Assembly (NCBI GenBank): GCA_963764165.1
Contig: CAVXRD010000002.1
Coordinates: 1,664,001 to 1,728,000, forward strand
Origin: an uncultured Verrucomicrobiae bacterium
Lineage (GTDB): Bacteria; Verrucomicrobiota; Verrucomicrobiia; Limisphaerales; Palsa-1400
Reading direction: 5' to 3'
DNA: 64,000 bases
Positions within the stretch are counted from its first letter, which is position 1; every line of letters begins with the position of its first letter. Below, piece after piece: positions 9,814-19,456 of this stretch. Position numbers and translations under genes: made by a program. The notes under the pieces were generated by a model that saw nothing but the letters and a program-made list of their open reading frames with translations, was not told where the DNA came from and did no database searches.

Positions 9814-11039
9814 CGCTTCTTGATGACCTCCACCATCAGGTCGCGAATGCGCCGTTCGTCCGCCGCCTGCACTGTCAAGCGAAGGCCGGCCACGGCGATG
9901 GATTCGCCCACGTCCGGCACCACTTCAAATTGCTGCAGGGCCAGCCCGGCCATCGTTTCGCACCCGTCGAATTCCGGGAGCTGCGGATACTCGCGCCGAA
10001 AACTGTCGAGCCGCAAACTGCCGCTGACCCGCCAGCGATTCTCGCCGAGCTTTTCCATGACCGCGCGCTCGGTGGAATGTTCGCCGCGAATTTCGCCCAG
10101 CACCTCCACCATGATGTCCTCGATGGTCACGATGCCGGCGGTGCCGCCAAATTCATCGAGCACAATGGCCAGGCCGCGTTGCTGCCGCTGCAGGCTTTTG
10201 AGCAACTGCAGAAGATTCATGCTCTCCGGGACGAACGATGGGAATTCAATGGCCATCGAAATATCCTCGTCGGGATTGAGCAAAAGCGCGCGTGTGTTCA
10301 GCACGCCAACAATAGTGTCGACAGTGTAATCATACATGGGCAGGCGGCGATGTTTGTGCTGGCGGGCGGCGGCGATCATTTCAGCGACAGGCATATCGTC
10401 AGGAATGCAGGCCATTTGCGGGCGGGCTTTCATGACGTCGCTGGCGTGGCGGCGGTCAAGGTTGATGATTTGCAAAATGATTTCCTTTTCGCCCGCCGCG
10501 AGCGCGCCCTGCTGGTAGGCCATCTCGAGCAGTTCCTGATATTCGGCGTCCGTCAACCCGGCGGCCAGCGGTGGCGGACTTGGAAACGCGCGCAGCATTA
10601 GATTCGTCAGCCCCTGCGCAACCCGCCGCAGCACGAGGGTGAGCTTTTGCAGAAACAACATGATTCCCGCGACCCGCAAGGCCCATTGTTCCGGCGCGCG
10701 AACGGCGAGCGTTTTGGGGGCAACTTCGCAGCCGAACAAAATGTAAACGAGCAGCGCCGCGAGGACGGCGGGCAGCGGCCATCCATAATTCGCCGCCAGC
10801 AGCAGCACGACGGCAACGATGCCGCCATTGGCAAAACTGTTGCCGAGCACGAGCGTGGCCAGCAAATCCTGCGGTTCGGCCAGAAGGCGTTGGATGATTT
10901 TGGCCAGGGCGGGCGCGCGTGTTTCCAATTGGCGCAATTGCCATTTGCCCAGGGAGAAGAGGGAAGTTTCGGCCAGCGCAAAGAAGAAACTTGCGCCGGA
11001 AAAAAGAACCAGAATGGCCAATGCCAGCGTCGGCGTCAT
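9810..11039 (-). CDS. CNNM/hemolysin-family (DUF21-CBS-CorC_HlyC) protein
   Basis: FFALAETSLFSL, TLVLGN, EVAPK, VLDEFGGTAGIVTIED. Confidence 0.9.
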   Translation of the reverse strand: MTPTLALAILVLFSGASFFFALAETSLFSLGKWQLRQLETRAPALAKIIQRLLAEPQDLLATLVLGNSFANGGIVAVVLLLAANYGWPLPAVLAALLVYILFGCEVAPKTLAVRAPEQWALRVAGIMLFLQKLTLVLRRVAQGLTNLMLRAFPSPPPLAAGLTDAEYQELLEMAYQQGALAAGEKEIILQIINLDRRHASDVMKARPQMACIPDDMPVAEMIAAARQHKHRRLPMYDYTVDTIVGVLNTRALLLNPDEDISMAIEFPSFVPESMNLLQLLKSLQRQQRGLAIVLDEFGGTAGIVTIEDIMVEVLGEIRGEHSTERAVMEKLGENRWRVSGSLRLDSFRREYPQLPEFDGCETMAGLALQQFEVVPDVGESIAVAGLRLTVQAADERRIRDLMVEVIKKR

Positions 11040-11108
11040 CGCCGCAAGATTGGGACAACCCGCGCCGATACTAAAGGCAAAAAACTCCGAATTGGGTGGG
11101 AATCCCAG

Positions 11109-11152
11109 ATGAGACTCATAGGGCCTATAAGACTTATAGGACTTATAAGACT
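11109..11152. repeat. Tandem 9-bp repeat x5 (consensus about ATAGGACTT)
   Basis: ATGAGACTC ATAGGGCCT ATAAGACTT ATAGGACTT ATAAGACT. Confidence 0.85.
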
Positions 11153-11160
11153 GGCGAAGG

Positions 11161-12060
11161 TCACGGGCGGGCCCGGGATTTTAGAGCAGAGGCAATGGTG
11201 GCGAGGGCAGCCTTGCGCTCGGCGCCAGCCAGCGTCAGCCGGGGTGGGCGGACGCGCTCGCTTCCGTGGCCCGTCTCCTGTTGCACGAGTTTGATGAGTT
11301 GCACAAATTTCGGAACGGTGTCCATTCGCAGGAGCGGCAGGAACCAATCGTAAAGAGCATTGGCTTTCTTCTTGTCACCACGCATCGCAAGTTCAAAGAT
11401 ATCCACGGATTCCCGAGGAAACGCGTTGGCCAAACCTGCGATCCATCCCGTCGCGCCGGCTTCGACGCCTTCGACAATCAAGTCGTCCACGCCGACCAGC
11501 AGCGTCAGCCGTTTGCCGCACAAGGCGCGCAAAGCCGTGACGCGGCGAACGTCCGCGCTTGATTCTTTGACGGCGTGGAGGTTGGCATTTTCCTCCGCCA
11601 ATTCCGCGACTTGCCCGGGCAAAAAGTCCGTTTTGTAGGAAACCGGATTATTATAGAGCATGCACGATAGTTTCGTCGCGCGCACGACCGCTTGAATGTG
11701 CGTCTTCATCTCACGCCAATCGGTGGAATAGACGTAAGGAGGAAGAACCATCAACCCCGCGCAGCCTGCCTTGGCAGCGGATTTCGCCAGATCAACAGCT
11801 TCCGCCGTGCTCAAGGCCGCGATGCCCGCAACCACCGGCCCGCGTCCGTCGAGCGCCTTGACGCAGGTGTCAAGTATGGCAATTTTTTCGTCAAAGCGAA
11901 GCGTGGCGCTTTCGCCCAGCGAACCCAGCGCAACGATGCCCTTGCACCCATTCTCCACCAGCCATAGCGCTTGCCGCGCCACGGCAGCGTGGTCGACGCT
12001 TAGGTCCTCTTTGAAAGCGGTGGTCATCGCCGGAAGAACGCCCTGCCATTTCATGCTCAT
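11161..12060 (-). CDS. DapA-family protein, probable 1-pyrroline-4-hydroxy-2-carboxylate deaminase
   Basis: WQGVLPAMTT, GSLGE, MLYNNPVSY, AVKESS; operon context. Confidence 0.8.
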   Translation of the reverse strand: MSMKWQGVLPAMTTAFKEDLSVDHAAVARQALWLVENGCKGIVALGSLGESATLRFDEKIAILDTCVKALDGRGPVVAGIAALSTAEAVDLAKSAAKAGCAGLMVLPPYVYSTDWREMKTHIQAVVRATKLSCMLYNNPVSYKTDFLPGQVAELAEENANLHAVKESSADVRRVTALRALCGKRLTLLVGVDDLIVEGVEAGATGWIAGLANAFPRESVDIFELAMRGDKKKANALYDWFLPLLRMDTVPKFVQLIKLVQQETGHGSERVRPPRLTLAGAERKAALATIASALKSRARP

Positions 12061-12061
12061 A

Positions 12062-13192
12062 TTAATTCGTATTGACTGTGCGGGTGGTAAAACGATTTGG
12101 GTCGTAAGGCGCGGTCGGGATTTCTGTTTTCGAACCCTGCAACAACTGCGCCAGCAACCGCCCGGTTGCGGGTGCGGTGGTGATGCCCAGGCCTTCGTGG
12201 CCTGTTGCGAGCCAGACGCGCCCGCCATCTGTCGTCCTGCCAATCAACGGAAGTTTGTCGGGAGTGGCCGCACGAAAACCGGCCCGCGAGCGATAACCGC
12301 GAAGTTCAGCGAGCGTTGGGAAAAAATCGGTGGCACGCCGGTGCATGCGTTCCAGAATGGCCGGTTCAACCTCAAGTGATTCCGAGCCAAATTGGCGCGA
12401 GGCGCCGATGATGATTTCGCCGTTCACACGCGGTTGAAGATTGCATGCCACGGAATCGCCGTCCGATTGCGCGCCAGCGGCGTAGCCTAATTCGACCACT
12501 TGATGCCGCACAAAATACGGACGCTCGCGCGTGATGATAAGATGGCCCTTGCGTCTTCGGACGGGAGCGCCGGGAGTCAGATCCAGCGACCATGGCCCGG
12601 CGGCATTGACGACGTGAGACGCTTGAAGCTGCGGACCGTCAGCGAGGAAAACAGTCCCGTCATCCAAAACCATTTTGACTTGGACGGGTGTTCGCAAGGT
12701 CGCACCCTTGATCATCGCGTGCTTCAAAAAAAATCTCGCCGCCGCCGGAGCATCCACCACCGCGTCATCGGGAACAAGCAAACCGCCCGCGAGATTGGGG
12801 CGCAGATTCGGTTCGATTTTCGATATGCCCTCACTGGTTAAGATTTCGGCGCGGATTCCGCGTGAAGAGCAGGCGCCATGCTTGCGATGCACCTCCGCCA
12901 ATTGCTCATCGTTCTCCGCGACCCATAACGTGCCACATTGATTATATTCGACATCGGCGGGCAGCGTTTCGCTGATCTCCTGCCAAAGGCGGCGCGAGAA
13001 AGAAGTCAGCGCCAGCAATGCTTCGGAATCATCCATCACCACGATATGGCCCATGCCTGCGGACGTGGTCGCTCCGGCCACCGGCCCGCGATCAAGGACA
13101 AGAGTCCTCATTCCCGCTCCAGCGCACTCGGCGGCGCAGGCTGCGCCGATGATTCCAGCGCCGACGATGATGAGATCGAACTTTTCGCTCAC
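12062..13192 (-). CDS. FAD-dependent DAO-family oxidoreductase, probable D-hydroxyproline dehydrogenase
   Basis: IVGAGIIG Rossmann motif, TSAGMGH, GFRAATPD, GHEGLGITTAP; coupled to the epimerase. Confidence 0.8.
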   Translation of the reverse strand: MSEKFDLIIVGAGIIGAACAAECAGAGMRTLVLDRGPVAGATTSAGMGHIVVMDDSEALLALTSFSRRLWQEISETLPADVEYNQCGTLWVAENDEQLAEVHRKHGACSSRGIRAEILTSEGISKIEPNLRPNLAGGLLVPDDAVVDAPAAARFFLKHAMIKGATLRTPVQVKMVLDDGTVFLADGPQLQASHVVNAAGPWSLDLTPGAPVRRRKGHLIITRERPYFVRHQVVELGYAAGAQSDGDSVACNLQPRVNGEIIIGASRQFGSESLEVEPAILERMHRRATDFFPTLAELRGYRSRAGFRAATPDKLPLIGRTTDGGRVWLATGHEGLGITTAPATGRLLAQLLQGSKTEIPTAPYDPNRFTTRTVNTN

Positions 13193-14127
13193 GAGGTGAT
13201 GCCCCAGCAGAACGGATCTTCGTCGTCCAAAATCTGGATCGATTCGGCGTTGACGAAGGCGCGGCCGGAAATGGTCGGAATGATTTTGCCGGCGGCGCGA
13301 TCAAGCCACTTGAACGAGCCGGCGAAGCGGCTGCCGATGATGCTTTCCTGCGTCCAAATCTGCCCTTCCTCAAGCGCGCCATCGGCGGCGAGGCAGGCCA
13401 TCTTCGCGCTCGTGCCGGTGCCGCACGGAGAGCGGTCGTAAGCCTTGCCGGGGCAGAGGACAAAATTGCGCGCGTTGGCCCCCGCGTTCGACGGCGGCCC
13501 GGAAAGCTCGATGTGATCGATCTCGGGGAAACCGTGCGCGTTGGCGGCCTGCCGGACGCGCCAGGAATATTCCGTAAGCGCGGCGGCATTTTGAAACGTG
13601 AGATCCTGACCGTGATTTTCCACGACGAAAAACCAGTTCCCACCCCACGCCACATCTCCCTCCACCACGCCAATGCCCTCGACGGGGACAGAGACGCTTT
13701 TGCGCGCGCGGTAGCTCGTGACATTTTCCACGGAGACATGCCCGTCCGGGTGCAATTCCGCCGTGACGCGGCCGACCGGCGTTTCGATTTGATGTTCGCC
13801 GACGCCAATTTTCCCGATGCGCGCCAGCGTCGCGACAAGGCCGATTGTCCCATGGCCGCACATGCCAAGGTAGCCGACATTGTTGAAAAAAATAACGGCC
13901 GCCGCGCACGCCGGATCGCAAGGCTCCTGCAAGAGCGCGCCGACAACTGTATCGCAGCCGCGCGGTTCGTTGACGATGGCGGAGCGAAACCGATCATGCT
14001 CCTTCTGGAATCGATCGCGCCGTTCGAATAGCGGGCCACTGCCCAAATCCGGGCCGCCCTCGACCACGACCCGTGTAGGCTCGCCTGCGGTGTGCGAATC
14101 GAAAATCTTGATGTGCCGTTCAGTCAT
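13189..14127 (-). CDS. Proline racemase family 4-hydroxyproline 2-epimerase
   Basis: DSHTAGEPTR, MCGH and DRSPCGTGTSAK two-Cys motifs. Confidence 0.9.
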   Translation of the reverse strand: MTERHIKIFDSHTAGEPTRVVVEGGPDLGSGPLFERRDRFQKEHDRFRSAIVNEPRGCDTVVGALLQEPCDPACAAAVIFFNNVGYLGMCGHGTIGLVATLARIGKIGVGEHQIETPVGRVTAELHPDGHVSVENVTSYRARKSVSVPVEGIGVVEGDVAWGGNWFFVVENHGQDLTFQNAAALTEYSWRVRQAANAHGFPEIDHIELSGPPSNAGANARNFVLCPGKAYDRSPCGTGTSAKMACLAADGALEEGQIWTQESIIGSRFAGSFKWLDRAAGKIIPTISGRAFVNAESIQILDDEDPFCWGITS

Positions 14128-14130
14128 GTT

Positions 14131-15444
14131 TCATTTGCGTTTGGCCATGAGAGTTTCAATCTCGCCAGCTTCAACGGGAATGCGCTCCATCAGATCGACA
14201 TTGCCGTTGTCGGTAATTAAAACATTGTTCTCGAGGCGGACCCCGAAATCCTCCTCGGGAATATAAATTCCCGGTTCCACCGTCATCACCCATCCCGCCT
14301 GCATGGGCCGCGTTGTCAGGCCGACATCGTGGACGTCCAGCCCGAGTGGATGACCGAGGCCGTGCATGAAATATTTTTTCAGCGCGGGAGTGTCCGGATC
14401 CTGTTTCTTGATTTGCCGCGTGGTGATCAAGCCGAGATCGACCAGCTCCTTCTCCATCATTTTCTCGGCCTCAAGCTGCCAATCCTTGATTTTTTTTCCG
14501 GGGCGCAAATTCTCGGTGGACTTTCGCATGATCCCAAGGACCGCGTTGTAAACTTTCTTTTGGCGCGGCGTGAAGCGTCCGCTGACCGGAATCGTGCGCG
14601 TCATGTCCGCATTGTAATTGAGGTTGCAAGCGCCGACGTCCAGCAGCAACAGCGCGTCCTTCTTGCAGATGGCGTCATTGGAGACGTAATGGAGAACGTT
14701 GGAATTTCCGCCTGACGCGATGATCGGCTGATAGGCAAAGCGGCATTGGTGCCGGATGAATTCATGGGCGAATTCCGCCTCGATTTCCCACTCGCCGACG
14801 CCCGGCTCGACAAATTTGCAGACGCGCTCAAAGGCAGCCCCCGTCACTTCGCAAGCGCGGCGCATCAAGGCGAGTTCCGGCTCGGATTTCACCGCGCGAA
14901 GCTGGTGCATGAGCGGCGCGAGGCGGCGGAAATCGTGCAGCGGATAGCGGCGAATCGTATCGGCGACGAAGCGCGCTTCGCGGGTCTCCACTTCAATGAC
15001 CGCGCGCTTGTGCTCGTTTGTGTTCAGGAAGGCGCGCTCGCATTCGCACATGAGGCGATGGAACAGTTTCGGAAATTCCGCCAGCCAATGCACGCGGCGA
15101 ATGCCCGTCTTTTCCTGCGCTTCCGCCTTGGTGAGCTTGTGGCCTTCCCAGCGTTCGTTCTCGGGATTTCCCTCGCGCAGAAAAAGCAATTCGCGCTGCT
15201 TCTCGTCATCGGCGTCGGGATAAAGGAGGAGCATCGACTGCTCTTGTTCAATGCCTGTCAAATAAAACAAGTCCGAATTCGCCACCGCGTTGCCGGCGCC
15301 GTCGGAATTGGTGGGAGGAATGTCATTGGCGTTGAGCACGACGAGTGAATTCGGCGGAAGCATTTTCGCCAGCCGCTCGCGGTTGCCGATGAAGAGTTCC
15401 GCCGGCAGGGCCGGCACTGACAATGTTTGGGCGTTCTTGCTCAT
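14131..15444 (-). CDS. pepP: Xaa-Pro aminopeptidase (M24B)
   Basis: DLFYLTG, LHY, LLDVGA...ADMTRT, HGLGHPLGLDVHD, TVEPGIY, GVRLEN. Confidence 0.9.
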   Translation of the reverse strand: MSKNAQTLSVPALPAELFIGNRERLAKMLPPNSLVVLNANDIPPTNSDGAGNAVANSDLFYLTGIEQEQSMLLLYPDADDEKQRELLFLREGNPENERWEGHKLTKAEAQEKTGIRRVHWLAEFPKLFHRLMCECERAFLNTNEHKRAVIEVETREARFVADTIRRYPLHDFRRLAPLMHQLRAVKSEPELALMRRACEVTGAAFERVCKFVEPGVGEWEIEAEFAHEFIRHQCRFAYQPIIASGGNSNVLHYVSNDAICKKDALLLLDVGACNLNYNADMTRTIPVSGRFTPRQKKVYNAVLGIMRKSTENLRPGKKIKDWQLEAEKMMEKELVDLGLITTRQIKKQDPDTPALKKYFMHGLGHPLGLDVHDVGLTTRPMQAGWVMTVEPGIYIPEEDFGVRLENNVLITDNGNVDLMERIPVEAGEIETLMAKRK

Positions 15445-15491
15445 TCGTGCAGGTTATCATGGCGAGGCAGCCCAAGGAATAAAACAAGAAA

Positions 15492-15588
15492 TTGAACAGG
15501 AGGAAGGCCAAGGACGCAGAGGTTAAAGAAAACGGCGCCGGGCAAACGGTTCGTTTCCCTCTGCGCTCTCGGTCTTCCTCCTGTTCAA
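15492..15588. repeat. Inverted repeat pair (31 bp, 4 transition mismatches)
   Basis: 15492-15522 vs 15558-15588; similar to the pair at 22212-22277. Confidence 0.8.
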
Positions 15589-15599
15589 AATCAAATGAT

Positions 15600-16226
15600 T
15601 TACCGGCGCAGGAATTTTGCCACCGCCTCTGTGCGGGTGCGGACTTGCAGCTTCTCGTAAATGCGCCGGATGTAGGTATGCACGGTCTCGTAGCTGATGC
15701 CCATCTTCTCGGCGATTTCCTTGTAGAGGAAGCCCTGGCTCAAATGATCCAGCACTTCCTGCTCGCGGGCGGACAAGTTTTCCGACGGCTGCGTGGTGGG
15801 CTCGGAGCGCTGGAACGATTGCACCACTTTGCGCGCGATGTGCGTTGTCATCGGCGAGCCGCCGCGGTGGACTTCGCGGATCGCGTCAAGCAATTCCTGG
15901 CGCGGGGCGCGCTTTAAAAGGTAGCCATTCGCGCCGGCGGCGAGGGCGTTGAAAATGTTTTCCGTGTCCTCATACGCTGTCAACATAACTGCGGAAACCG
16001 AGGGCGTGAGCTGCTTCAGCCGGCGCACGCATTCGACGCCGTTGATTCCCGGCAGATTAATGTCCATCAACACCACTTGCGGGTGGTCTTTGGGCAGGCC
16101 TTCCAGCGCGGCCTCGGCGGAGCCATATTGGCTGATGCACGCGAACCCGTCGGCCTTGCTGATCAGGCGGGCGAGCGTGCCCCGCAATTGCTCATTGTCC
16201 TCCACAATGGAAACTTGAATCGGCAT
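15600..16226 (-). CDS. NarL/LuxR-family response regulator
   Basis: VED, MDINLPG, LTA, GYLLK and LSARE...HTH. Confidence 0.92.
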   Translation of the reverse strand: MPIQVSIVEDNEQLRGTLARLISKADGFACISQYGSAEAALEGLPKDHPQVVLMDINLPGINGVECVRRLKQLTPSVSAVMLTAYEDTENIFNALAAGANGYLLKRAPRQELLDAIREVHRGGSPMTTHIARKVVQSFQRSEPTTQPSENLSAREQEVLDHLSQGFLYKEIAEKMGISYETVHTYIRRIYEKLQVRTRTEAVAKFLRR

Positions 16227-16229
16227 ACG

Positions 16230-19200
16230 TCACTTTCTAGCCAGCGGAACCGTCAGCGCCACCGTGGTCCCGCCTTGCGGCGAGGGCGCGATGTCAAACT
16301 GGCCGCCCACATCTTCCATCCGTTTGCGCATGTTGCGCAATCCATTTCTCGACTCGGCGGCCTTGCCCAGCATCCCGGCCGGGCCCTTTCCATTGTCGGA
16401 AATTTCCACGATGAATTTGTCCGGCTCCAGCCGCAGGCGAATCGAGGCTTCAGTCGCGCCGGAATGTTTGACGATGTTGGTGACGGATTCCTTCGCGGCC
16501 AGGAAAACGTTGTGACGCGCTTCCGGCGAAATATCCAACTTGGGCAGTTGGGACGGCGCATCCAGCCGGTAGCGCACCCCCGCCACCCGCAAATAATCCT
16601 GGGCGTGCTTGCAAATATAATTGACCAGGCCGTCGAGCGTGTCGTTGGAGGGATTGACCGTCCAGACGATTTCATCCAGCGCGTGGTGGGTGTCGCGCGC
16701 GGTTTGTGTGATTTGGCGGGCGTGCTCGCCGACTTCGCTGGCATCCTCTTTGTCGGCTTCGACCATTTCGCCGAGCAGCGCCAGTTGCGTCATGCTGGCG
16801 CCGACCTGGTCGTGGATGTCGCGGGCGATGCGGGCCCGCTCTTTTTCCAGCGCCTGCTGCTGGCGCAAATTGGCCACCTGCCGATGCAGCCGCTGAGTGG
16901 AGATGAAATAGACCGCGCCCGCCAGCAAAATGACGATCACAAAGACCACCACCGCCCGAAATGAGCGCGTCTGCCAGAAGAACGGGAGAATGGAAACGGA
17001 AAGGCTTGCGCCGGAGTCATTCCAGACGCCGTCTTCGTTGCAGGCTTGCACTTGGAATCGGTAATCGCCGGGCCGCAGAGTTTCGTAGCGAACGGAGCGC
17101 CGCGAACTCGCCTCGCCCCATTTCGCATCGTCGCTCGAACCGCGGGAAAGGCGGTAGCGGAAGCGGGCGCGATCCGCCGCGCCGAGGTTCAAGCTGGTGT
17201 AATGAATTTCCAATTGCTCGGTTCCGGCGGGCAGCGTCACCGCTTCGATCGGACCCGCGTGCAGGCCGTTGGTGTTTTGCTCCTTGTCGGCGACCAAAAC
17301 TTGTTCGATCACGACGGGGGGCGGGACGGAGTTGGAATGAATCTCCGAAGGCTTCACGTAGACCACGCCGCTATGGGTGGGAAACCACAGCGTGCCATCG
17401 GGCGCCCGGCAAGCCGCCGGTTGCGAGCCGAACGTGCAGGCTGCCGAAGGCAGTCCGTCCCGCCTGTCGAAGCCGCGGCAAAAGACAAATGGATTTGCCC
17501 CGTCGGATTCGCTGAGATCCCTCTTGCGCACGCGCATCAATCCGGCGTTGGACCCAATCCACAAGAATCCCTCGTCGTCTTCCACCAAGTAGTCAATACT
17601 ATTGGCGATGAGACCGTTCTCTGTCCAGAAGTGATGGGTCTTCCCATTCTTGTATCGAATCAATCCGTTGCCCATCGTGCCTATCCACAGCACATCGTCG
17701 GCGTCGACATAGAGGGCGGAGATGTTGTCGCTCGAAACGTCGTCAGGCAAATGGAACGGGGTGATGATCCCGTTATGCATGCGGTTGAGGCCGCCCAATT
17801 CCGTGCCAATCCACAAATCGCCCGTATGATCCTGGGCAATGGCGTGGATGTTGTTGGCGGAAAGCCCGTCGCTGGTGGTGTTCGTGTGCATTTGCTCGCC
17901 GTCCCAATGCAAAAGCCCGGCCTGCGCGCCGATCCATAAGCCACCGGCGCGATCCGCAAACAGCACAGACATATGCGACGAGTTAGTCTCGTATAGGCCG
18001 GAGGGCTGGAAGACTCCTCCGTCCAATTTCCAAAGCCCCGCGCCGCTGACCGGCTGCGCCGCCGCCCAAACGCGCTGCCGAGCATCGACCAGCACCGAAA
18101 ACGGATTGAACTTGCTCATTAAGTCCGGCTGCGAATGGACGGTTTGGACCACGCCGTTTTTCCAAAAGCTGAAATCCCTGTCTTTCATGCTCATCCAAAT
18201 GCGGCCTTGCTTGTCCGGCGAGAGGGATTGCGCCACCGCCCCGCGGGCGAGGACGTTGAATATGCGCGGCCGAACGCGGGCCAGCCCGCCGCCTTCCAGC
18301 CCGGCCCAAAGATTTCCTTCCGCGTCGGGCTGCAATGCGTAAACCGAGGCGCTGGCCAAACCGTTGGTCAGCCCGATGTGGGAAAAATGCCCAGCGCTGT
18401 CAAACCAAAAAATTCCGCGCCCATCCTGCCCGCCGGTTCCGACGATGAGATGCCCCTCAGCGTCTTCGCAAGCGGCTTTGATATTGTCGGCCGCGTCTGC
18501 CCATGGATACATTCCGAAGTTGGCCACGACATTCGTGCCGTTGATCTTGCGAATCGTTCGATCAGCGAGGAGCCAGTAGCCGCCGGACCTGCTGGCCACC
18601 AGGAAATCGAGAGAATTGCGGGCCTCGGGGACAATGCGCGTCGGCAAAGGTGTTCCCGGGCGCACCGCCGCCGCATCCACGGCGGCAAGGCTTCCCACCG
18701 TTCCAATGTAAACATTTCCGGTTTTGTCGGCGATGACGGAGCGGCCGCTGTCAGGCAGGTTCCAAATGTCCATCTGGCCATGGGCAAACCTGCCGAGCTG
18801 CCCGTCTTCCGTCATCATCCACACCGCCCCCGTGGAGTCTTCGCAAATGGATACGAGGTGGCCCTTGGGCCTGCCCTGTCCGATTTTCAAAGGCTCGACC
18901 CGGCCCTGCGAAATCCGCGCCGCGCCCGCGCGGGAAAAGCCAACCCACAGATTGCTGTGGCTGTCCTCGAACAAGCGGAAAATCTGGCTGCTGGGAAGTT
19001 TGGGAGTATTGCTCTCGTCGAAGACGGTGAAGCGGACGCCATCAAAACGAACAATGCCGTTCAAGGTTCCGAGCCACAAATAACCGTCCCGCGTCTGGGT
19101 TATGGCCAGGACGGAATCGTCCAAAAACCCCTGGCCGGTGCCCCACGAGTCAACTGTAAATCGGGAATCGGATGATGGCGGCTGCGCGCTGGCGGAGAGG

Positions 19201-19259
19201 CCGAGCATCGCCGCCATGAAAGCGGCGAGGGTCAGGAGTCCGTGCCAGTGGTTGCGCAT
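16230..19259 (-). CDS. Sensor histidine kinase with periplasmic beta-propeller/Y_Y_Y domains and HisKA_3
   Basis: Signal peptide, repeated D..G.LWIGT blades, YRFQVQACNEDGVW, TM helix, ERARIARDIHD, DNGKG, NGLRNMRKR. Confidence 0.9.
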   Translation of the reverse strand: MRNHWHGLLTLAAFMAAMLGLSASAQPPSSDSRFTVDSWGTGQGFLDDSVLAITQTRDGYLWLGTLNGIVRFDGVRFTVFDESNTPKLPSSQIFRLFEDSHSNLWVGFSRAGAARISQGRVEPLKIGQGRPKGHLVSICEDSTGAVWMMTEDGQLGRFAHGQMDIWNLPDSGRSVIADKTGNVYIGTVGSLAAVDAAAVRPGTPLPTRIVPEARNSLDFLVASRSGGYWLLADRTIRKINGTNVVANFGMYPWADAADNIKAACEDAEGHLIVGTGGQDGRGIFWFDSAGHFSHIGLTNGLASASVYALQPDAEGNLWAGLEGGGLARVRPRIFNVLARGAVAQSLSPDKQGRIWMSMKDRDFSFWKNGVVQTVHSQPDLMSKFNPFSVLVDARQRVWAAAQPVSGAGLWKLDGGVFQPSGLYETNSSHMSVLFADRAGGLWIGAQAGLLHWDGEQMHTNTTSDGLSANNIHAIAQDHTGDLWIGTELGGLNRMHNGIITPFHLPDDVSSDNISALYVDADDVLWIGTMGNGLIRYKNGKTHHFWTENGLIANSIDYLVEDDEGFLWIGSNAGLMRVRKRDLSESDGANPFVFCRGFDRRDGLPSAACTFGSQPAACRAPDGTLWFPTHSGVVYVKPSEIHSNSVPPPVVIEQVLVADKEQNTNGLHAGPIEAVTLPAGTEQLEIHYTSLNLGAADRARFRYRLSRGSSDDAKWGEASSRRSVRYETLRPGDYRFQVQACNEDGVWNDSGASLSVSILPFFWQTRSFRAVVVFVIVILLAGAVYFISTQRLHRQVANLRQQQALEKERARIARDIHDQVGASMTQLALLGEMVEADKEDASEVGEHARQITQTARDTHHALDEIVWTVNPSNDTLDGLVNYICKHAQDYLRVAGVRYRLDAPSQLPKLDISPEARHNVFLAAKESVTNIVKHSGATEASIRLRLEPDKFIVEISDNGKGPAGMLGKAAESRNGLRNMRKRMEDVGGQFDIAPSPQGGTTVALTVPLARK

Positions 19260-19321
19260 CGCCAATCATTATCAGAGATTCGGAAAGTTACTCCAGCCGG
19301 GAATTTGGCCAATTCCATTCC

Positions 19322-19446
19322 GGTAGGGCGAGACTCTGTCGAGCCCATTATGGATATTTGGCGATCCGGAGCGCGAGGCCATGCGATTTGTTCCGTGAAC
19401 GTTCTTTAGAAAATCAAGTCAGGGATCGACAGAGTCTCGCCCCACC
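19322..19446. repeat. GTAG-type REP pair
   Basis: GGTAGGGCGAGACTCTGTCGAGCC 19322-19345 vs 19423-19446 (2 mismatches). Confidence 0.85.
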
Positions 19447-19456
19447 GGGATTGGGA

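Noticed and set aside
11109..11152. Possible CRISPR arrays (also 60861-60904)
   Set aside because: Contiguous 9-bp units without spacers; no cas genes
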